NCBI GenBank assembly: GCA_963658395.1
Contig: CAVKPZ010000003.1
Coordinates: 1 to 43,471 of the forward strand
DNA length: 43,471 nucleotides
Direction: 5' to 3'
Origin: Lachnospiraceae bacterium
GTDB lineage: Bacteria > Bacillota_I > Bacilli_A > RFN20 > CAG-826
This document shows, one piece after another, positions 9,799-17,981 of the stretch (the stretch's first letter is position 1; every line of letters begins with the position of its first letter). Under the pieces are notes generated by a model, which did no database searches, was not told the DNA's origin, and saw nothing but the letters and a program-made list of their open reading frames with translations. The position numbers and the translations under genes were made by a program.

Positions 9799-12519
9799 AT
9801 GAAAACAGCAATCAAAAAGACCTTATTGATCCTATCTAGCGCCTTGCTTTTGGCGGGATGCAACCCCTCTGGGGACGACTCTTCCAGCAAGGATGACACC
9901 CAAACGAGCCTCATCCCTTCTAGCGACGGGGACGTCACTAGCGAGAAAGGGAATTCCTCTAGCGACGGCGATAAGGGGGATAGCTCTTCTAGCGAGCAGA
10001 AAGTCACCAAGTACGCGATCGTCGACCGCACGGGGGATGGCATCTCGATCTCGCTTAGCGCGACCAGCGCCCCCAAAGGAGAGACCATCACTATCACCGT
10101 CGCTCTTGAAGAGAACTACGTCTTGAACGCCCTTTACGCTAATGGCAAGGAATGCACCAAGGTAAACGATGCCACCTACACCTTCGTCATGGGCGATAAC
10201 GCGGTGGCAATCACCGCCTCGCTTAGCGTCACTGGGGACGTCGTCACAAGCGGCGACGTCGCCATTTCTTTGGCCAAGCAAAGCGATGGCACCTACAAAG
10301 GCAGCTTCACCGCGAATAGCGACACCAAATTCCTCATCCTCGCAGGAGGCAAGGAATACGGCTATGGCTCGGTCGACTTCGACCGCTCCTACGCCTATAT
10401 CTCTAGCGTCTACGAAAGCGGGTCGAAAGCGACCACCAAAATCAGCGTCGGGGGGAACGCGACCTATGAGATCGCTTTCGATGCCGACGCGGAAAAGCCG
10501 ATTTCCATCTACCGCACGGGCATCTTGAAGGCCCTAGAGAGCGAGACGGAGATCTCGCAGTATTTCTGCGGCTGGTTCGCGGGGAGAGAGGTGCTTGACG
10601 GCGGTGCCTATAACGTCAAGAGCGTCAACCACGTCACCTACAGCAGCTCTAGAAGCAAGGTCAATTACACCTGGGATCTTTATCAGGATGGCTCCTTCGC
10701 GACCGCCGAAGACAAACTCACCGGCAAGAAGAGCTATGTCTATAAAGCCATCAAAGACGGGGTCTACACCGTCGTTGACACCTATGTCGAATCCTGGACG
10801 GACACCGCTGGCTACGTCGACAGGACCAAAACCCAGGACACCGTGGCCTACTCTGGCAAATACGCGATCGTGGACGAAGTCGATAACTCCCATTATCAGA
10901 AGACCTCCTTCATGGCCAATGCCGACATGGCGATGCCTAGCCATGAGCTCCACTCGATCAACGCCGAGATTCAATATGGCTACTACATCGGCTACACCGT
11001 CGAAGACGAACTCAAAGCCTGCGACAGGAAGTTCACGGGAGTCAAAAACGCGGACAATAGCTTCACGACCACGGTCCACAGTTGGAAGAACTACGAGGAC
11101 AGCGACGCCATCCAGACCCGCTACGAGTACGACATCACCATCAACATCAACGCGGATGGCACCCTTAGCAGCGTCTCTTATCTCGAAAACTACTACACCA
11201 AGGACAACTGGACCTTCAATAACCTCGACACCACCAATGGCGGCAGCGCAATCGCGGGCAAAGACCCCGAGGTTAAAAACAGCAGCAGCGTGAGCTACGG
11301 CTATGGCGCGGCGAAAGCGGAGAGCATCTCTTTCGATGCCACCCCTTACTTCATCTCCAGCATCGACAAAGTGACCATCAAATCCAATAGCGACAAGAGC
11401 AAGAAAGAGGGCCACGTCAAATTCAAGGAGATCCTCGACGAAGATCGCAGGGATCCCTACACCAAGACCGTGAGCGAGGACTCCGCTTCCGGCTACACCT
11501 CGACCATTTCGCTTGAATACACCCCCTCGACCGCTTTAGACGCCTGGGAATACGGAATCGTCTCCGCGGATGATAGCTCCATCATCGGCAAGAGCGAATT
11601 CCGTCCCCGCGAATGGATTGGCTATGGCGTCGGCACGACCGAAGTCACCATCGGCAACCACGCGACCAACAATGTCACCAAGAAAGCGAGCGTCACCATC
11701 GATGACGCCCCCGTCCCGAATGGCTACTACGTCTGGGCTTACGGCAACGAGAGCGATGAGGACGTTCCTTCTTCTTCTAGCGTCTGCATCAAAGCCGGCC
11801 GGATCATGAACGTCTATCTTTGGGCAAGCCCCGCCGACTGCCTCGCTAAGCCCGTCGTCACTTGCTCTAACGACGACATCAAGCTCACCGTCAGCGAGAA
11901 CACGGTGAAGCCCACGAAGTCGACGATCTCCACCTACCAAGCCTACATCCTGACGATCGACGCGAGCAAGATCGCGACCGACACGAAGCTAAGCGAGACC
12001 ATCACGGTCGTCGATTCGCGCGATGACTCGGGCAAAAAATCCACGATTAAGCTCGAAGTCAAACCGGGCACGGCTTCCTTATTGCCTACTTCCATCGAAG
12101 GCACGACCTGGACGGCCCACGATTACGATTCCGTCGATAACGTTGGTGCCACCGACCCCCGTCACATGGAGGGCTCCTTCGTCCCCGCCAAAATCACCTT
12201 CACCGCGGACTATGGCAAGGAAATCAACGGGACCGTCTACAAGAAGGGCAAAGTCACCGTCACAAGCTCGAGCACCGATTACGATTTCTATTACAACTAC
12301 AGCGTCGGCGACAGCGGAGGCATGGTCCTCAGCATCGTCTCCGATAGCTACACCCTCGACATCGGCGCGAGCCTTCTTGAAGACTATGGCCTCATCGGCA
12401 TCTACGTCTACGAAAGCTCTTGGACCGGCACGGATGAGAGCGATAGCAACTACATCATCGGCTACCCCGAGGAAGAAGATGAAGCGGTTGAGTATCAGTG
12501 GTTCACTCTCGACGCCTGA
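9799..12519 (+). CDS. Surface lipoprotein, ~907 aa, with N-terminal InlB-B-repeat-like module and Big_2-like segment; function unknown
   Basis: The ORF is open from ATG 9781, which overlaps the previous TGA by 1 nt. ATG 9799 has GAAAGGA 9 nt upstream and gives the canonical signal MKTAIKKTLLILSSALLLAGC. Either start is possible. Acidic Ser-rich linker, then KYAIVDRTGDGISISLSATSAPKGETITITVALEENYVLNALYANG...YTFVMGDNAVAITAS. Confidence 0.7.
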   Translation: MKTAIKKTLLILSSALLLAGCNPSGDDSSSKDDTQTSLIPSSDGDVTSEKGNSSSDGDKGDSSSSEQKVTKYAIVDRTGDGISISLSATSAPKGETITITVALEENYVLNALYANGKECTKVNDATYTFVMGDNAVAITASLSVTGDVVTSGDVAISLAKQSDGTYKGSFTANSDTKFLILAGGKEYGYGSVDFDRSYAYISSVYESGSKATTKISVGGNATYEIAFDADAEKPISIYRTGILKALESETEISQYFCGWFAGREVLDGGAYNVKSVNHVTYSSSRSKVNYTWDLYQDGSFATAEDKLTGKKSYVYKAIKDGVYTVVDTYVESWTDTAGYVDRTKTQDTVAYSGKYAIVDEVDNSHYQKTSFMANADMAMPSHELHSINAEIQYGYYIGYTVEDELKACDRKFTGVKNADNSFTTTVHSWKNYEDSDAIQTRYEYDITININADGTLSSVSYLENYYTKDNWTFNNLDTTNGGSAIAGKDPEVKNSSSVSYGYGAAKAESISFDATPYFISSIDKVTIKSNSDKSKKEGHVKFKEILDEDRRDPYTKTVSEDSASGYTSTISLEYTPSTALDAWEYGIVSADDSSIIGKSEFRPREWIGYGVGTTEVTIGNHATNNVTKKASVTIDDAPVPNGYYVWAYGNESDEDVPSSSSVCIKAGRIMNVYLWASPADCLAKPVVTCSNDDIKLTVSENTVKPTKSTISTYQAYILTIDASKIATDTKLSETITVVDSRDDSGKKSTIKLEVKPGTASLLPTSIEGTTWTAHDYDSVDNVGATDPRHMEGSFVPAKITFTADYGKEINGTVYKKGKVTVTSSSTDYDFYYNYSVGDSGGMVLSIVSDSYTLDIGASLLEDYGLIGIYVYESSWTGTDESDSNYIIGYPEEEDEAVEYQWFTLDA

Positions 12520-12537
12520 TCCTTATCCTCCAAACTC

Positions 12538-12565
12538 AAAAGGCCAGGAGCGATCCTGGCCTTTT
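12538..12565. terminator. Bidirectional rho-independent terminator between convergent genes
   Basis: AAAAGGCCAGGA (12538-12549), loop GCGA, TCCTGGCCTTTT (12554-12565). The A-tract and T-tract flanks allow it to work for both the plus-strand operon ending at 12519 and the minus-strand gene ending at 12599. Confidence 0.8.
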
Positions 12566-12598
12566 GCTATGGCTTAGCAGGGAAACGCGCTTCGCTTC

Positions 12599-13996
12599 CT
12601 ATTCCAAATCCTCAAGGAAGAGGTCTAGCGCGGGCAAAATGGTGTTCCCGAAATGGTAGAACTCGTAGGTGAGGGAGCCTCCGGTGGTCTCCAAGGTGAA
12701 GGATACCATCTGCTCGTCCTTGCTATCGAGATTCTTCCAGCCAATGTAGAGGTTCTCGGTGATGACGGGAGCGACGGTGTCGGTTAAGAAGAACATCGCG
12801 ACGAAGTCCTCGATGAGGCTGTTGTCGTCGGTGAGGAAGGCTTTGTCTAAGCCCTCGACCTCCGTTTCCTCGAATAGCTCCGTTTCGTCCCACATCTCCA
12901 GAAGGCTTGGGTAGCTATAGACGGAAGGGATGTCGGGGGATTCGTTGTAATAGTTCGTGAGGTTCACGGAGAAGGAGCCGCCGCTATAGGAGATGAGGTA
13001 GCTGCCGTTCAAGGTGTGGTATGCGCCGCTTGTGTCCTTGATCTTCTTGTTGCGGATGCCGATGAGGCCGGTGCTATAGAGGATGGTGGAACTTGTAGTG
13101 GCGAGCCTAGCGGCGTAGTCGCTGTCCCATTCGACGAAGTAGTAGTTCTCGTTGAAATACTCGGTGCCGACGATTTTGTCCTCATCCTCCTCATCGGTGT
13201 AATAGTGGGTGTAGTTGTTGCTCTTCATGAGGGAGCGCACCTTGGCGAAATCCTCGTCGATCACGAAGTAGGATTTGCTCTCGCGGTAGTTCTCGATCTT
13301 CGAGCTGAAGGTGGTGAGGAGATTGCTGACGCTTGCCTTGACGCTCACTAAGGCCCCGGAAGAGGAGTCGCTCACCTTGAGGTCGAGGGTAAGCGAGCGA
13401 TCGCCATTCACGCTGCCGGTGAAAGAGACGATGCTCGCGTAATAAGAAGACCCTAGGCCGAGCAAGTCAAGCAGGGCCAGGCGGTTCTTTTTGCCGGTGA
13501 TGGAGACTTTGCTCGTCCCATCGTCTTTTATCGCCTCGATGCTAGCTTCGTCTAGATCGGCGAAGCTATAGAAGAAATAGTCGTTCCAAAGGGTCTTGTA
13601 GTTGTCCCCGCTTTCGTCTTGGAGGAGCTCTCCCCCGATGAGTTTGCCTCCGTTTTCGTGGACGCGGTAGACCCCATCCTTGCAGCGGATGTAGCCATAG
13701 GGGGTGGTGAAGTTAGCGTCGTAATAATAGAAATCCTCGCCGTAATAGACGCTTGCCGTGTTTTTGGCGCTCGAGGCGCTGGAGGAGACCTCTTCTTTCA
13801 AGGTGTAGTTATGGGCTTTGGCGAGGGTTTTCAGAAAGCTTTTCACGGAGCTTGCATAGGAAGGGTCTAGGCTCGTAGCGTCTTGGTCTATATCGGAAGA
13901 AGAGGCTGCGGAAGAGCTTTCGCTCCCTTGGACGGAACAGCCAAGTAGAAGCGTGGATAGAAGCAAAGGGAAAAGAAAGGAATGCGGTTTTTTCAT
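12599..13996 (-). CDS. Lipoprotein, 465 aa, function unknown
   Basis: MKKPHSFLFPLLLSTLLLGC (lipobox LLGC) followed by SVQGSESSSAASSSDIDQD linker. No recognisable catalytic or binding motif. Lies 52 nt downstream of the AraC-family gene on the same strand. Confidence 0.65.
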   Translation of the reverse strand: MKKPHSFLFPLLLSTLLLGCSVQGSESSSAASSSDIDQDATSLDPSYASSVKSFLKTLAKAHNYTLKEEVSSSASSAKNTASVYYGEDFYYYDANFTTPYGYIRCKDGVYRVHENGGKLIGGELLQDESGDNYKTLWNDYFFYSFADLDEASIEAIKDDGTSKVSITGKKNRLALLDLLGLGSSYYASIVSFTGSVNGDRSLTLDLKVSDSSSGALVSVKASVSNLLTTFSSKIENYRESKSYFVIDEDFAKVRSLMKSNNYTHYYTDEEDEDKIVGTEYFNENYYFVEWDSDYAARLATTSSTILYSTGLIGIRNKKIKDTSGAYHTLNGSYLISYSGGSFSVNLTNYYNESPDIPSVYSYPSLLEMWDETELFEETEVEGLDKAFLTDDNSLIEDFVAMFFLTDTVAPVITENLYIGWKNLDSKDEQMVSFTLETTGGSLTYEFYHFGNTILPALDLFLEDLE

Positions 13997-14048
13997 ACGT
14001 GCTTAATCATGGGGCCAAAGAGAAAATTTGCAAAGGTTTTCGAAGGGC

Positions 14049-14882
14049 TCATCGGGCTGTTTTCAAGGAAAGCTCGCGGAAGCGCTTGGGGGTGGTGCCT
14101 GTCTCCTGGCGGAAGAAATAGACGAAATAGGCCGAGGTGGAGAAACCGCATAGGGAAGCGATCTGGCCGATGGAGAAATCGGTCGTGGACAGAAGGTATT
14201 TCGCCGACTCAAGCCTTCGCTTGGAAAGATACTCCTTCGGGGTGATGCCCGTTTCCTTTTTGAAGCGCTTCTCCAAAGAGGAGCGCGACATCCCATACCG
14301 CTTCGCTAAGCCATTCATCTCGATATCCTCGTGATAAGAAGAATTTAGATAGCTTTGGATCTCGAAGACGAAGGAGGAGTGGAGCTTGTCTTTGTCGTCT
14401 TCGATCTGATAGCCCATCTCCTTGAGCTTGTTGATGAGCAGCAAATAGAAGGTCAGCACGTCCAAATAAGAGAGGAAAGGGTCCTCGGGATATTGGACGA
14501 AGCTGTCGTAAGCCCCTTTCAGGTGGCTTAGCAGAACCCTCATCAAAGAGGACTCTAACTTGATTTTAAGGAAAGCATTGGAGTCGAGACGGATCGCGTC
14601 GGTCGTCTTCAAGGCGTAGTATTTGAAGATCGCCTCTTTGCTCAGCTTCTTCTCCGTGTGGGTGGCGTTCGAGGGGATGACGTAGATGCATTCTTCCTCG
14701 ACGGGGAAGGAGCTCGCCACCCCGACGATCATCCCCGAGCCGCTTCTGGGGACGATGATCTCGAAATTCTGATGGGTATGGAAAATGGAGGGCTCATCAT
14801 CAAGCTCGGTGTAACTGAAGGAAAGGATGGGGTTCTTCCTCCTCTGAAAGCTGATGTCGTGGAAATCCGCTTTGTTGAACAT
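14049..14882 (-). CDS. AraC/XylS-family transcriptional regulator (cupin-like sensor + HTH)
   Basis: 277 aa. The C-terminal half has the AraC double helix-turn-helix signature (LAKRYGMSRSSLEKRFKKETGITPKEYLSKRRLESAKYLLSTTDFSIGQIASLCGFSTSAYFVYFFRQETGTTPKRFR). The N-terminal part is cupin-like (FHTHQNFEIIVPRSGSG). Confidence 0.85.
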   Translation of the reverse strand: MFNKADFHDISFQRRKNPILSFSYTELDDEPSIFHTHQNFEIIVPRSGSGMIVGVASSFPVEEECIYVIPSNATHTEKKLSKEAIFKYYALKTTDAIRLDSNAFLKIKLESSLMRVLLSHLKGAYDSFVQYPEDPFLSYLDVLTFYLLLINKLKEMGYQIEDDKDKLHSSFVFEIQSYLNSSYHEDIEMNGLAKRYGMSRSSLEKRFKKETGITPKEYLSKRRLESAKYLLSTTDFSIGQIASLCGFSTSAYFVYFFRQETGTTPKRFRELSLKTAR

Positions 14883-14890
14883 ACTAAATA

Positions 14891-14919
14891 TTGATATCCA
14901 TATGTTAAATTCTTATATT
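14891..14919 (+). promoter_or_regulatory. Putative sigma-A promoter for the 14994 gene, in an AT-rich divergent intergenic region
   Basis: TTGATA (14891-14896), 17-nt spacer, TATATT (14914-14919). Located 75 nt upstream of ATG 14994 and directly next to the divergent AraC gene start (14882). Confidence 0.5.
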
Positions 14920-14993
14920 TCTAAGTCAAGGCATTTACTAACATATCCTTAGTTTCGGGAATACGACACACACAACATTCAAGGGGGTAATCT

Positions 14994-16253
14994 ATGAACC
15001 GAAAAACATTATTGCTGAGCGCGTCCGCTTTTTTGCTCGCGCTTCCTCTCGTCGCCTTACCGACTTCGGGATCTGCGGAGAGCGTTATCAATGTGAAGGC
15101 TGAGGCATCCGCAAATACTTTAAGTATCTTTGGAAGCCTATATTCTTCCTCCAACGTATCTTACGGTGGTTCCAGCGGGATGTGCTATAGACTTTTGGTT
15201 ACTTTGGCTAAGACGGTTTACGAAAAAACATATACGGGGATTGTTTATGATACCGCGGGGAACTCATACGATATTACTTTTTTAAATCGCGGTAGCGACA
15301 CTTCGTTAGGTCCGACTTATCATAAGCTTGATTTGCAATTCCCAACGACGTTTCTTAACAAGGTCATTATCAAGAAGGATACCGTTTTTACTCAAAGCGA
15401 CGATTCCACCAAAACATTCTCGTTTGATAAGGACTATAAGTTGACATTTGTTAAAGACGGGCAGCCTGTCACTATTACTGATTACCCTGAGATCAAAACC
15501 ATCACAGCGTTTGACGGCACCGGAAAGACCATAAATAACGAAACGGCCGATAAAGCCGCCAACACATCAACCGGGAAAAAATATCGTATCTACGTGACCC
15601 AATCGGTTACCTCATACGGCGAAGTTTATAGCGGGAACGTCTATGACGCTTCCGATAAAGAATACGCGGTGACTCTCAAGAACGAGGGAAGCAGCACTCT
15701 GGACGGGACGGGCCGCCACAAACTCGACGTGCAATTCAGCGAATGGACGAACCATTTCATCATCAAGAAGAACACCCGTTTCGCCAAGAGCGGTGATGCT
15801 ACGACTTTCCTAACATTCGATGATGACTATTTCGTCACCTTCGAGGGGGAACAAACGATTCCTGCCCTTGCCACGGAAACCGCAGTCGTTGCGGAAGCCG
15901 ATAAATTCGTGACGGATTACATGCACTCCACCGATATCGAGAAAACCGATGAGGGCACTGGTGCCTGCAAAGGCGATGATGGCTATTACAACAAGGCAAA
16001 AACCGCCTACGGCTCGCTTTCTAACGCAGCCAAGATCCTTTTCCAAAACGATTCTAGCTACGCCGATATGAAAGCCCGTTATGATGCATGGGCGACTGCA
16101 AATGGGGATAGTGGGACCAAGTCCGGTCTTCGTGCCGTCTTAGGCGGTGGTGATACCAATTACGTTATCCCCGCGGTTGCTGCTCTTGCTTTAGGGGTAG
16201 GGGCTAGTGCCGCGATCTTGCTCTTTGCAAAACGCAAGAAAGAGGAGAAGTGA
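14994..16253 (+). CDS. Secreted, C-terminally membrane-anchored protein with two copies of an unassigned ~100-aa repeat
   Basis: 419 aa. Signal peptide MNRKTLLLSASAFLLALPLVALPTSGSAES. Two internal repeats (GGSSGMCYRLLVTL...YTGIVYDTAGNSYDITFLNRG...HKLDLQF...VIIKKDTVFTQSDDSTKTFSFDKDYKLTFV and YRIYVTQ...YSGNVYDASDKEYAVTLKNEG...HKLDVQF...FIIKKNTRFAKSGDATTFLTFDDDYFVTF). C-terminal GGGDTNY + hydrophobic helix + KRKKEEK. Confidence 0.7.
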   Translation: MNRKTLLLSASAFLLALPLVALPTSGSAESVINVKAEASANTLSIFGSLYSSSNVSYGGSSGMCYRLLVTLAKTVYEKTYTGIVYDTAGNSYDITFLNRGSDTSLGPTYHKLDLQFPTTFLNKVIIKKDTVFTQSDDSTKTFSFDKDYKLTFVKDGQPVTITDYPEIKTITAFDGTGKTINNETADKAANTSTGKKYRIYVTQSVTSYGEVYSGNVYDASDKEYAVTLKNEGSSTLDGTGRHKLDVQFSEWTNHFIIKKNTRFAKSGDATTFLTFDDDYFVTFEGEQTIPALATETAVVAEADKFVTDYMHSTDIEKTDEGTGACKGDDGYYNKAKTAYGSLSNAAKILFQNDSSYADMKARYDAWATANGDSGTKSGLRAVLGGGDTNYVIPAVAALALGVGASAAILLFAKRKKEEK

Positions 16254-16273
16254 TTTCTTCTTGATTTCTAGGG

Positions 16274-16301
16274 GCCCTCGGAGGAAATTCGGGGGCTTTT
16301 T
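16274..16301 (+). terminator. Rho-independent terminator after the 14994-16253 gene
   Basis: GCCCTCGGA (16274-16282), loop GGAAA, TTCGGGGGC (16288-16296). This gives a 9-bp stem including two G:T wobbles, followed by TTTTT. Confidence 0.65.
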
Positions 16302-16347
16302 ATGGTGGGAGTGGTTTAGAATATCCCAGGCTTAGGGAGGCGTTTCC

Positions 16348-17958
16348 ATGGAGAGAATGAATTTCAAAAGCATCGTCGCGAGTTCTTTGGCTTCTGGGCT
16401 TGAGTGCTTAGAGGAAAATAACAAAAGGGAAAGGCATCTGTTTGAATCCCCTTTCTGCGTGGTTGAAAAAGGCGGCTACATCCTCGTTGATTTCGGGATG
16501 GAGCTTTGCGGGAGGCTGCATGTTCGCTTCGCTAGGAATGCCCCCGGGAAGATCCGCATCAGGACCGGAGAATCCGTTTATGAGACCTGCGCGGACATCG
16601 GGGAAAAGAACGCGACCAACGACCACGCGATCCGCGACGCCGTCTACCCTTTCTCCCAGCTTAGCGATTTCTCGACGACCGAGACGGGCTTCCGTTTCGC
16701 CCGCATCGATTTAGTGGAAGGAGAAGCGGTGCGGATCGTCTCGATCTTTGCGGAGCTCACGCCTAATGGCCTCACGCGCATTGGGAGTTTCCATTGTGAC
16801 GATAAACGGATCAACGACATCTACGAAACCGCGGCGAGGACAATCGCTTTATGCGTCCGGCCCGACGAGATTTGGGATGGCATCAAGCGCGACCGGGCCG
16901 TTTGGATCGGCGATCTTTATCCTGAGCTTCTGGGCGCCTTTTCTTTGTATGGGGACGCCCCGCAGCTGAAGCACGTTTTAGACATGATCGACAGCTTCGA
17001 GGATTGCTGGGTGAACCATATCCCTTCTTATTCGGCCTGGTGGCTCCTTTGCCTTTGCAAATATTGCGAGTTAACGGGGGACACGGGCTATTTCTCCGCA
17101 AAACTGCCTTATGTCTCCAAAATCATAGGCGCCTTTGATGAAATCGTGATGGAGGACGGTAACTTGGATTTCCCCCGTTCCTCGCTTAACTACTTCGAAG
17201 GGAACGAGTACTTCATCGATTGGCCTTCCAATGGGAGCAAGGATAGCGAGGAGGGCTGGCGCTACCTTGTGACTTACGCCATGGAAAAGGTCTGCGAAGC
17301 CCTTGAAGGAGTTGGCAAATCCACCAAAGAGCCTTCTTCTATTCTTGCTCGTCTTGATAAACACGTCTACGCCCCTTCGAAGTACAAACAAGTCAACGCC
17401 CTCGGCATTTTGGCGAACCGTCTCGATCCTAAAATCGCTTTAAGGAACATTGAAGAAGGCGGGAGCGAGGGCATGACGACCTTCATGAGCTTCGCTATCA
17501 TCGAGGCCTTAGAGAAGATGGACCAGGGAGAGCTCGCCTTGGATATCCTAAAGGAATACTACGGAGCGATGCTAGATCTAGGGGCGACCAGCTTCTGGGA
17601 GGACTTCGATATGGCTTGGCTTAAGGATGATCCTTTGCCAATCACTTCTCTCCCTAGCAAAGAAAGGAAGAACATCCATGCGGATTACGGTAAATATTGC
17701 TATCTTGGCCTCCGCCACAGCCTCTGCCATGGCTGGTCGAGCGGGTTCTTGACGTTCTTCTATGACTATGTCCTTGGAATCGAAATGGTTGAGCCAGGAT
17801 ATAAGAGCATCCGTCTCTCCCCCCATCTCTGCGACTTGAAAGAAGCGGAAGGGATTCTTCCTACCGTTTACGGGCCGATTCGCGTTTCCCATAAGCTCGT
17901 GGACGGGAAAATCGAATCTTCGATATCCGTTCCTAACGGGGTTACGATCCTCAAATAA
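16348..17958 (+). CDS. GH78-like (alpha-L-rhamnosidase-related) six-hairpin glycoside hydrolase, cytoplasmic
   Basis: 536 aa with no signal peptide; GGGAGG lies 7 nt before ATG 16348. Motifs typical of the Bac_rhamnosid6H fold and neighbours: GEKNATNDHAIRD, WDGIKRDRAVWIGDLYPE, ATSFWEDFD, LCHGWSSG. C-terminal beta-sandwich YKSIRLSPHL..LKEAEGILPTVYGPIRVSH. Confidence 0.55.
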   Translation: MERMNFKSIVASSLASGLECLEENNKRERHLFESPFCVVEKGGYILVDFGMELCGRLHVRFARNAPGKIRIRTGESVYETCADIGEKNATNDHAIRDAVYPFSQLSDFSTTETGFRFARIDLVEGEAVRIVSIFAELTPNGLTRIGSFHCDDKRINDIYETAARTIALCVRPDEIWDGIKRDRAVWIGDLYPELLGAFSLYGDAPQLKHVLDMIDSFEDCWVNHIPSYSAWWLLCLCKYCELTGDTGYFSAKLPYVSKIIGAFDEIVMEDGNLDFPRSSLNYFEGNEYFIDWPSNGSKDSEEGWRYLVTYAMEKVCEALEGVGKSTKEPSSILARLDKHVYAPSKYKQVNALGILANRLDPKIALRNIEEGGSEGMTTFMSFAIIEALEKMDQGELALDILKEYYGAMLDLGATSFWEDFDMAWLKDDPLPITSLPSKERKNIHADYGKYCYLGLRHSLCHGWSSGFLTFFYDYVLGIEMVEPGYKSIRLSPHLCDLKEAEGILPTVYGPIRVSHKLVDGKIESSISVPNGVTILK

Positions 17959-17981
17959 GGATACATGCCTCCTCTCTTTTC

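Noticed and set aside
10534-11415. Long antisense ORFs inside real genes. Examples: 293 aa at 10534-11415(-), 296 aa at 31291-32181(+), 251 aa at 33401-34156(+), 196 aa at 1622-2212(-), 187 aa at 3139-3702(-), 176 aa at 30601-31131(+).
   Set aside because: All lie opposite or out of frame to much longer ORFs with clear domain content. Their translations are Arg/Gly/Ala/Pro/Val-rich low-complexity strings with no signal, motif or SD. This is typical of shadow ORFs in GC3-rich coding sequence.
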